Positions 57,148-64,000 of a stretch of DNA of 64,000 nt are shown here, one piece after another; the first letter of the stretch is position 1, and each line of letters opens with the position of its first letter. Below the pieces are notes generated by a model. It was given only the letters and a program-made list of their open reading frames with translations. It was not told the DNA's origin and ran no database searches. A program made the translations under genes and the position numbers. Source of the stretch: Lachnospiraceae bacterium (GTDB lineage Bacteria; Bacillota; Clostridia; Lachnospirales; Lachnospiraceae). The stretch is from positions 38,404 through 102,403 of the forward strand of contig JAZQLQ010000011.1 of assembly GCA_045542735.1 (NCBI GenBank), read 5' to 3'.

Positions 57148-58514
57148 ATGGGTGCAACCTCTGTGGACAGGGGTTGCATTTTATATTCCGGAAAAGCATC
57201 AATAACCGCTCCGATACAGAGTGCTGTTTCATCTACAATATCATGGGCAAGCAAAATCACTTTATCACGTCCAAGAGTAGAGGATGTGGCATTGTCTAAT
57301 AATACTCTCATATCCGGTTCGGATACCGCATCCTCCATACTGGCATTCCAGTCATAATACACATAGCCCTGCTCTGTCATACGCGCCACAATCTCATCCC
57401 TGACTTCTTTATTGTAAGCGTTGACACTGCCACCCGGAAACCGATATAATCTGGTATCCACACCAGTCACTTCATATATCAATTGATGTGTCTTCGCAAA
57501 ATCCTCACAAAAGCTATCAGCATCTGCATAAATAGTATCATAATCATGGTTATAGCAATGAATACCGATAGTATGTCCTTCTGCCACAATCCGCTGTACC
57601 ACTTCCGGATAACGTTCTACATTTTCACCAATGACAAAAAAAGTTGCATGAATATTCCGTTCCTTTAAAACATCCAAAATTATCTCTGTATTTTCTGCAT
57701 GAGGACCATCATCAAAGGTCAGATACATGGTTTTGGGAAAAAAATAGACATCAATGGCATCTGCAATACCTTCTGCGATCTGCTCCTGATACTGTACATC
57801 TGTCAACTTTCTCCGCTCTGAAGCATTGGATAAGAAGCCGGTTTCTATGAGACATGCCGGCATGTCCGCTTCGCGAATCACATACAGGGAGTCAGTTTCA
57901 CTGATTCCACGGTCATTTGCTTCTGTGTTTGCTATCATATATTTCTGTAAAAGCTTTGCCAAACGCTCACTTTCCACCCCATAGCCCGTATGGCTATACC
58001 ACACTTCCACTCCATTAGGTGCTGTTGTCTCATGGGCATTTTGATGAATACTGACATAGATGTCACCATTTGCCATATTAGCCTTTTCCACACGTTCTTC
58101 GCAGGAATAGGTGTTATCATCTTCATGGGTTAACAGGACACGATACCCTTTTTCTTCCAACTTTTCTTGTACCAATTGTGTAATCTGCATGTTGATGTTT
58201 TTTTCCAACACACCCTCTCTGGCGCAGCCTTCATCCTCACCGCCATGCCCGGGGTCCAATACAACCAATACATCAGCCGGCGTACAAATCACTTTCGGCA
58301 CCTCGACTACCTCTTCGTTTTGCACTACCACGGTATTTTCACCCGCATTTGCATATCCATCCGTTTCCCTAATCAAATTTTCTGATACCGTATTGTCCGA
58401 AACCGACTCGATGCCATTTCCCGAAACTGCATATACAATGGTATTGTATCCCAAAACTGCCATACACGCTGTCAAGAGCACACTGCAGACAAATCTTCTT
58501 TTCCTCTTTCGCAT
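57123..58514 (-). CDS. fusion protein combining an N-acetylmuramoyl-L-alanine amidase (Amidase_3) and a polysaccharide deacetylase (CE4/NodB)
   Basis: N-terminal signal anchor. The amidase motifs LDPGHGGEDEG, SIHQNA and ETGFLSN are intact, as are the CE4 motifs TFDDGP, HCYNH, RFPGG and LLAHD. Confidence 0.85.
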   Translation of the reverse strand: MRKRKRRFVCSVLLTACMAVLGYNTIVYAVSGNGIESVSDNTVSENLIRETDGYANAGENTVVVQNEEVVEVPKVICTPADVLVVLDPGHGGEDEGCAREGVLEKNINMQITQLVQEKLEEKGYRVLLTHEDDNTYSCEERVEKANMANGDIYVSIHQNAHETTAPNGVEVWYSHTGYGVESERLAKLLQKYMIANTEANDRGISETDSLYVIREADMPACLIETGFLSNASERRKLTDVQYQEQIAEGIADAIDVYFFPKTMYLTFDDGPHAENTEIILDVLKERNIHATFFVIGENVERYPEVVQRIVAEGHTIGIHCYNHDYDTIYADADSFCEDFAKTHQLIYEVTGVDTRLYRFPGGSVNAYNKEVRDEIVARMTEQGYVYYDWNASMEDAVSEPDMRVLLDNATSSTLGRDKVILLAHDIVDETALCIGAVIDAFPEYKMQPLSTEVAPIQFNICTS

Positions 58515-58564
58515 AAAAAAACCGCTCCCTACCGTTTACTTTTGTAAACAGTATAAAGAGCGGT
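58515..58564 (-). terminator. terminator or attenuator hairpin immediately upstream of the amidase-deacetylase start codon
   Basis: On the minus strand, ACCGCTC...GTTTAC-AAAA-GTAAAC...GAGCGGT followed by TTTTTTT and then the ATG. The GGGAG RBS lies in the 3' arm of the hairpin. Confidence 0.5.
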
Positions 58565-58601
58565 CACATCAAAGTTTCATACTTTTTGCATCTTATTTGC
58601 A

Positions 58602-59468
58602 TCATTTTCTTATTTTGATAAATAATTCATTGATACCTTCATAATATCCCAAGGTGATGATAGTATTTCCATCATCCATACCGGGAACTGTATACTTTAC
58701 CACGTTGGATGTGGATTCAGATAAAGGATTGGTATTCTCGTAGACTTCCAAATTGTACAACCCCAAATAATCACTGTAAGTTTGTACCATGGTATCCGGT
58801 TCCATATCCGTCCATTTACCTTCTGTACGTACATAAAATTCATAAATTCTGCCCGTATCAGCATCAATATAGGCATCAATAACACGATAGGCTTTGTCCT
58901 TATTCTGCACGTTAGTAGATAAACTCACCTTCCATACAGCCACATTATTTCTGGGCTCCAAAACATCAATGGCAGAATATAGTACAGCTGTGTAAGAGCC
59001 TGCGTCCACATCCTTGATTTCACCGGGGATAACACCTAATTCCCTTAACTGCCGGATTTCCCTGTTGCATACATCGAAAATCTCATCTTCCGTAATCTCA
59101 CGGTCCGAAGGCCCCTGATGATTGACAACAAAAGCATAGGTACCAATCTCATCATACACCATCTCTTCCTCACCCACGGGCTCCAGACGGGTCATGGCAC
59201 TCAATTCACTTTCCGGGACATCCTGATTGTCCAGGCACTTGGAAAGCAAATATATACGCTCGTTGCTGTTCATGGAATAACGATAGCCTTCACTTTCATA
59301 TTCAGTAGGCTGTACCGTTATTCTGTTTAACAAACTCTTATCTTGGTAAGTAGCCAGACGTTCCGGTCCCCAGATGGCAAATACTACTACAAGTATGGCG
59401 CCTGTAATAATCAAAACGTCACGGTTTCGTTTCTTCTGCAGCCAAGTTTTCAGATTCCACTTTTTCAT
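58602..59468 (-). CDS. single-TM hypothetical protein encoded downstream of the histidine kinase
   Basis: RBS GAGGGGGTG and a TM helix VLIITGAILVVVFAIW. Its start lies 50 nt inside the 3' end of the kinase gene. Confidence 0.5.
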   Translation of the reverse strand: MKKWNLKTWLQKKRNRDVLIITGAILVVVFAIWGPERLATYQDKSLLNRITVQPTEYESEGYRYSMNSNERIYLLSKCLDNQDVPESELSAMTRLEPVGEEEMVYDEIGTYAFVVNHQGPSDREITEDEIFDVCNREIRQLRELGVIPGEIKDVDAGSYTAVLYSAIDVLEPRNNVAVWKVSLSTNVQNKDKAYRVIDAYIDADTGRIYEFYVRTEGKWTDMEPDTMVQTYSDYLGLYNLEVYENTNPLSESTSNVVKYTVPGMDDGNTIITLGYYEGINELFIKIRK

Positions 59469-60870
59469 TTGCCATCACCCCCTCATACTGCAATAAGAAG
59501 CCAAAACAACTTCCTTCTCCAAGCTTACTGTCAATGAGCAATTCGGTATTATGCAGTTTTAAAATCTCTGTACATAAAGCCAAACCAAGTCCTGCACCGT
59601 TTTTACTGCGTGAGCGGGATTTGTCCACCATATAAAAGGCTTCCATAATCTTATTGCGCTCTTCCTCTGCAATACCCGTGCCATGGTCTTTGACTGCGAA
59701 GAAATAACCTTCTTCCATCCTCTCACCATAGACTTCTACCACAGCACCTGCTTCCGATGCTTTATAAGCATTATCCACTAAATTCAACAATACGGTTTTA
59801 ATCAGGTTTTCTTCCGCCCAGACATGGCTCTTATCAAAGCGGATACGCACAGACACATCCTCTTTATCCCGATACATATCTTTGATAAATTTAAAAATAG
59901 GGGCTACATCTATGTTCTTGGCGTCCAACTCATAACGCTTGGTAACAATAATATCCAAAAGTCTTAAGGACATTGCCTCCAACCGCTTACCTTCTGTATA
60001 AATGTAATTGGCAGACATGACCTGCTTTTCTTCATCCAACTTTCTTGAGCGCAACACATCCGCATAACCGATAATAGCTGTCAAAGGTGTCTTTAACTCA
60101 TGGGAGAATGCCGCAATGAAATCTTCCCTTGCACGCACCGCATCTTCCAACTCATGAATATTTTCTTCCAGTACACCTGCCATACGGTTAAAGTCATGGG
60201 TCAGTTCACCCATTTCATCCTGACTGATCTGTTCTGCACGATAGCTATAATCTCCATGACGCATCTTTCTCGTTGCCTCTGTCAATAAGCGGATAGGCTT
60301 TGTCAGCCAGTAAGAAATAAAGTACATAGCCACCGAGCCGCCCAACAACATCACAAGCATCAAACGTCGGTACACTACAAAGCCCTGTTTGCGCTCATCA
60401 AATACTGCCGTCACATCCCGCATAGTCTCCAAATATAAGACACGGTCCAGCATGGTGGTAGAAATACCGGTCTGTATGTAATAATGTCCGTTGTGTTTGA
60501 TAATCTGATATACCGTTGTCTGGGGCTCAATGGAATCCAAAAACTCCGTTCCCGATACATAACCTTCACTGGCATATAAAACCTTGGACTTCTCATCGGA
60601 AATACGCAAGAGGTTACTGCTCTGGTTGCGTTCCAGATTGGCTCCGATCTGCTCAATGGTGGAGTCCTGCAACATATCATATTTTGACGGGATATTCAAA
60701 GCTGCCGTTTCCATTGCAAACTGTAAAATATTGGTTTCATCCATAGCCTGTCCAACTTCACGCTCCATGGATGTCTCAAACACATAGTTTACAAAGAAAT
60801 AGCCGCCGATACCAAACAAGGCTGCCATGATGGTAATACTACACAGCAGAATCTTATATGAAAACTTCAT
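59419..60870 (-). CDS. sensor histidine kinase (2 TM, HAMP, HisKA, HATPase_c)
   Basis: H-box SHELKTPL, G1 DHGTGI and G2 GLGLAL. RBS AGGAGGAAGGAG. Confidence 0.9.
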   Translation of the reverse strand: MKFSYKILLCSITIMAALFGIGGYFFVNYVFETSMEREVGQAMDETNILQFAMETAALNIPSKYDMLQDSTIEQIGANLERNQSSNLLRISDEKSKVLYASEGYVSGTEFLDSIEPQTTVYQIIKHNGHYYIQTGISTTMLDRVLYLETMRDVTAVFDERKQGFVVYRRLMLVMLLGGSVAMYFISYWLTKPIRLLTEATRKMRHGDYSYRAEQISQDEMGELTHDFNRMAGVLEENIHELEDAVRAREDFIAAFSHELKTPLTAIIGYADVLRSRKLDEEKQVMSANYIYTEGKRLEAMSLRLLDIIVTKRYELDAKNIDVAPIFKFIKDMYRDKEDVSVRIRFDKSHVWAEENLIKTVLLNLVDNAYKASEAGAVVEVYGERMEEGYFFAVKDHGTGIAEEERNKIMEAFYMVDKSRSRSKNGAGLGLALCTEILKLHNTELLIDSKLGEGSCFGFLLQYEGVMANEKVESENLAAEETKP

Positions 60871-60885
60871 AGGCTCTCCTTCCTC

Positions 60886-61539
60886 CTAAATTTCCAAGCG
60901 GTATCCAATCTTGTATACTGCAACCAGGTTTTTCTCCCAGCCCATTTTCTTTCTTAAACGTTGCACATGCAACTCCAAGGTACGACTGTCGGCAATATAT
61001 TCATCATGCCATACTTTTTCATATAGTTTTTCTTTAAATAAAGCAATATTTTTATTTTGGATAAACAGGACCAACAGACCAAACTCTTTGTTGGTAAGCA
61101 CCACCGGTTTACCGGCTTTGGTAGCCACACGGGCTTCCGTATCCACGGTCACATCTCCCGCCTGCAAGAGACTGACATTTTTTTGATAACGACGCAGCAC
61201 CACTTCCACACGCGCCAACAATTCTACTACCTCAAAGGGCTTTGCCAGGTAATCCTCTGCTCCCAGTTTCAATCCCCGTACCTTGTCGCGGACATCGTTT
61301 TTGGCAGTAATAAAAATAACAGGGATTTGTAACGGACGTATGTACTCCATAATATCAAAGCCATCTGCTCCCGGAAGCATAATATCCAAAAGTATTAAAT
61401 CGAAATCTTCTTTTTCAATGATATCAATAGCTTCCAAACCATCCTGTACGGTTTTGCAAAAATAGCCTGCTGCCGACAGATTCATATCAATCAAATCGCA
61501 AATTGGCTTTTCATCATCCACAACCAAGATTTTAATCAT
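60886..61539 (-). CDS. OmpR-family response regulator
   Basis: The receiver domain has VDDE...LILLDIMLPG...K, followed by a winged-helix output domain. I set the start at MIKILVVDD (61539), which has a GAGGAGGAAG RBS and an ATGA overlap with the upstream gene. Confidence 0.92.
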   Translation of the reverse strand: MIKILVVDDEKPICDLIDMNLSAAGYFCKTVQDGLEAIDIIEKEDFDLILLDIMLPGADGFDIMEYIRPLQIPVIFITAKNDVRDKVRGLKLGAEDYLAKPFEVVELLARVEVVLRRYQKNVSLLQAGDVTVDTEARVATKAGKPVVLTNKEFGLLVLFIQNKNIALFKEKLYEKVWHDEYIADSRTLELHVQRLRKKMGWEKNLVAVYKIGYRLEI

Positions 61540-62774
61540 TGGTCTTCCTCCTCTGTTTCTTCTTCCTCTTCTACCTGCCATCCCCAAAATGCCCGGATCT
61601 TGGGAATCAGTTCTTCCATGGTATCTTCCTCTGTACATATATAGTTCTCAGAAAATTCCGTATCAATATAAAAACCATCCGTACGCTGATAATAAATGGC
61701 ACAATCACTCTGAATCATCAATTCCCCATTGGGCCCTTCATAGGTATATCTGGCTAAAACTACCAGATCCTTCATACCGTCCCCATCTACATCCTTACCC
61801 GTAATTCCCCGCAAGGTATACAGGTTGTCATAGGCCTTCATAGGCTGAAAGCACCATACGATATTATCCTGCTCATCTACCAGATAAATCATGAAAATAT
61901 CATATTCCGAAATCCGATATGTACCGGGCACAACCTGAAGTTTGCCCAATTTCTCAAACCGTCTGGAATAATCCTGTTCTTCAATGATCCGGAAGCCATG
62001 CTCTTTGAGCTCTGTCAAAGTCGTCGCCGTATACAAAAACTCCGTAGACTTTCCATCTCTAACAAAGGCAATGATACTGTTTACACTCTTATTCATGCTA
62101 AACCGGTTAATCTTATCTGATACGCGCCAATCCCGATAAAAGGTCTCTTCTCCCTGAAACAGGACATCACCAATTTTGTAGCTTCGCCATTTATAGCTTC
62201 CACTTTCATTTTTACACTTGGTAATAAACACAATATCTGTCAAACCATCTCTGTTTAAATCCGAAAAGGTCACTGCCGCCAAACCGGTATTGGGTTGCTT
62301 CAGTTGTCCCATGATACGGTTATTGGTCTCCAAATCATTGGTTTTGTACAAAATATCTCCATTGGCATTTGCAATAAATAATGCAAGCCTATGATACTCC
62401 TGTTCCATGGCCGGAATAAAATAGCACTCCTCACTCCCAAAGGACTCAACCACCATAGGAAAAATATGCTCTTCATAAACCAGATAATTGTTTGCTGCAA
62501 TATCATCCCTATGGGAGATGGCACCGAACCTTGTCTGATACTCTTCTATCTCCAGTTTTTCCTCATCGGTGTACTCTGTGAGACTGTTATCATCCTGCAA
62601 ACCCGCTCCCACGCCTAAATCAGCTGATACTATCACTTCCTCATCCGATTCCGGTGCAGAAAGCACACTGCTATTATCTGCCATCCCATTGGAACTGCAT
62701 CCCACCAATATGAAATTCATACACAGCGCCATGATAATAACATAACGAAATGCTTTTGTATTTTGTACTTTCAT
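61536..62774 (-). CDS. lipoprotein with FG-GAP/VCBS-like DxDxDG motifs and an acidic tail (hypothetical)
   Basis: Lipobox ILVGCSS, the motifs DLNRDGLTD and DVDGDGMKD, and a C-terminal EEEEETEEEDQ tail. Confidence 0.55.
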   Translation of the reverse strand: MKVQNTKAFRYVIIMALCMNFILVGCSSNGMADNSSVLSAPESDEEVIVSADLGVGAGLQDDNSLTEYTDEEKLEIEEYQTRFGAISHRDDIAANNYLVYEEHIFPMVVESFGSEECYFIPAMEQEYHRLALFIANANGDILYKTNDLETNNRIMGQLKQPNTGLAAVTFSDLNRDGLTDIVFITKCKNESGSYKWRSYKIGDVLFQGEETFYRDWRVSDKINRFSMNKSVNSIIAFVRDGKSTEFLYTATTLTELKEHGFRIIEEQDYSRRFEKLGKLQVVPGTYRISEYDIFMIYLVDEQDNIVWCFQPMKAYDNLYTLRGITGKDVDGDGMKDLVVLARYTYEGPNGELMIQSDCAIYYQRTDGFYIDTEFSENYICTEEDTMEELIPKIRAFWGWQVEEEEETEEEDQ

Positions 62775-62856
62775 CAGCATCTACTCCAAAACATATAATA
62801 GGTAGGTTCTACATCCTACCTATTAAAACACGGATTTGCATCATTTTTGCATACTT

Positions 62857-63456
62857 TTATACAGTACCACTCTTTATGACAGTTGTGTCATACAATTCGC
62901 CGGCTACTTTTTCAAACTCATCAACAATAGCTACATCGCCATACATCACCAATACATGGGTAGCATCCAACTGCACAATGCTGTATACATTGGGAGAACC
63001 ACACATCCAATGGTTATTTTTAATATTGGTTTCCATGGTAGTTGCCAGTGCATCCACTTCCTCTGTTTCAATGACCATGCCGGTAAATACATTGGCATTT
63101 AACATATGTTGCAAGGTTGCCATGCTGGTAATGGTCTTAGCAGTCTCAGGATCTACGCAATACATACTCTGTAATGCTTCTGTTTTTGTCGGACTATATT
63201 CACCTGCAGCATCCATGGTCATGTGATCCTCATCACCACCGCCCACAGAAAATTTCTCCAAGCTGTAATCTGCCCAAATGCCATTTAATACTTCTACGCA
63301 AGACTGTGTGATGGCTTCTGCTTCACTTCCGCTTTCATCTTCTGTTACAGGTACTTCCGGAACAGTTTCTCCAGTCTTGTCCTCTTCTTTTGCATTACAA
63401 CCAACCAAAGACACTAACATAATACCTAATATAAGTGCTAATTTCATTTTTTTCAT
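62857..63456 (-). CDS. hypothetical lipoprotein
   Basis: Lipobox SLVGCNA. I set the start at MKKMKL, 7 nt after AGGAGGA. Confidence 0.55.
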   Translation of the reverse strand: MKKMKLALILGIMLVSLVGCNAKEEDKTGETVPEVPVTEDESGSEAEAITQSCVEVLNGIWADYSLEKFSVGGGDEDHMTMDAAGEYSPTKTEALQSMYCVDPETAKTITSMATLQHMLNANVFTGMVIETEEVDALATTMETNIKNNHWMCGSPNVYSIVQLDATHVLVMYGDVAIVDEFEKVAGELYDTTVIKSGTV

Positions 63457-63508
63457 ATTCATTCCTCCTGATTTCTTTTATTTTCATTAGTATACCACTA
63501 AATATACA

Positions 63509-63541
63509 AAAAATGAGAAGTCTTATATAAAGACTTCTCAC
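63509..63541 (-). terminator. terminator of tRNA-Arg(ACG)
   Basis: A perfect 12-bp palindrome gagaagtcttta-ta-taaagacttctc, followed on the minus strand by ATTTTTTGT. Confidence 0.6.
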
Positions 63542-63551
63542 TTTCTGTTAC

Positions 63552-63625
63552 TGTGCGTTAGAAGATTCGAACTCCCGACCTTTTGGTCCGTAGCCAAACG
63601 CTCTATCCAGCTGAGCTAAACGCAC
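63552..63625 (-). tRNA. tRNA-Arg (anticodon ACG)
   Basis: Acceptor GTGCGTT/AACGCAC, anticodon loop ctACGga, T-arm AGTTCGAATCT. Confidence 0.9.
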
Positions 63626-63660
63626 ATGTCTCGCTGTAAGTTTCCCTCACAGCAAGACTT

Positions 63661-63689
63661 ATTATATTATGATTTTTGTGCTCTGTCAA
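63661..63689 (-). promoter_or_regulatory. consensus sigma-A promoter of tRNA-Arg(ACG)
   Basis: On the minus strand, TTGACA (63689-63684) - 17 nt - TATAAT (63666-63661). Confidence 0.6.
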
Positions 63690-63709
63690 TACATAAAATT
63701 TAAAATATT

Positions 63710-64000
63710 CTACTTTATAATATCTGTCAAAACATTCATATCAATTGTAAATTCTACTAATCCCATATAACCGGGTGCAACTTCATATTCATCAAAACAA
63801 ATAACAATTGCTCCCTGCTCATTCAGATAAAAATTCTGATCTTCTTTAATTTTTGTAAAGTTCATCTCGGGGTCGATTTCCTCATCCAGCCAATAAATCA
63901 TATTTTCATCTGTTGCCATCTGTTCACGCATCTGACTGATGATATTCTCACTAATGGGTGTGATATAGTCTGCATCTTCCACAAAGAGCGTTTCCAAAGT
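63710..64000 (-). CDS. DUF3298 (RsiV/PdaC-type) domain protein; C-terminal part only, as the gene runs off the right edge
   Basis: The C-terminal sequence FYLNEQGAIVICFDEYEVAPGYMGLVEFTI matches the DUF3298 pattern (FxxYEIAPYAxGxxEFxI). Confidence 0.55.
   Translation of the reverse strand, partial: TLETLFVEDADYITPISENIISQMREQMATDENMIYWLDEEIDPEMNFTKIKEDQNFYLNEQGAIVICFDEYEVAPGYMGLVEFTIDMNVLTDIIK

Overview
This window looks like a chromosomal, mostly housekeeping segment from a low-GC, spore-forming Gram-positive anaerobe. The assignment to Clostridia (Lachnospiraceae-like) is an inference from gene content, GGAGG-type RBSs and an alpha/beta SASP gene. I support about 57 protein-coding genes, most of them on the minus strand and tightly packed, with several ATGA stop/start overlaps. 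I also support 8 tRNA genes: a 7-tRNA operon plus a solo tRNA-Arg, each behind a perfect TTGACA-17-TATAAT promoter.

Recognisable blocks:
- tcdA-cysK-aminotransferase-mnmA
- single-chain purL
- a heterodimeric ABC exporter with VanZ
- truA / D-2-hydroxyacid dehydrogenase / engB / clpX / clpP / tig
- a NitT/TauT-type ABC importer
- trxA with a mini ferredoxin-thioredoxin-reductase-like protein
- malQ-glgP
- rdgB-yfcE
- a cellodextrin locus (ABC importer plus GH94 cellobiose phosphorylase, with a GH5 endoglucanase elsewhere in the window)
- cls
- an OmpR/HK two-component cluster

I found no rRNA, CRISPR array, transposase, integrase, prophage or recognisable defence genes, so this does not look like an accessory island.

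The less ordinary items, all of them hypotheses:
1. An orphan promoter-to-terminator unit at 45279-45412 predicting a ~100-nt sRNA with three exposed CCCC motifs.
2. A sigma-G-type promoter driving a 59-aa protein that is 51% N+Q and carries an internal repeat, a candidate new spore protein.
3. An operon of a membrane-tethered MerR regulator with a Zn-ribbon, a CPBP intramembrane protease and a DJ-1 protein.
4. A 1.3-kb ORF-free gap (14864-16164) holding a nested 124-nt inverted repeat and ~130-nt tandem structured repeats whose terminator-like hairpins differ by compensatory changes.
5. A three-gene operon of paralogous Zn-ribbon/single-TM proteins.
6. An Amidase_3-CE4 deacetylase fusion sitting behind a terminator that sequesters its RBS.
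7. A TM1266-like ACT protein translationally coupled to a fused permease-ATPase.

Everything rests on reading the sequence and remembering family motifs. No BLAST, HMM or Rfam search was possible.
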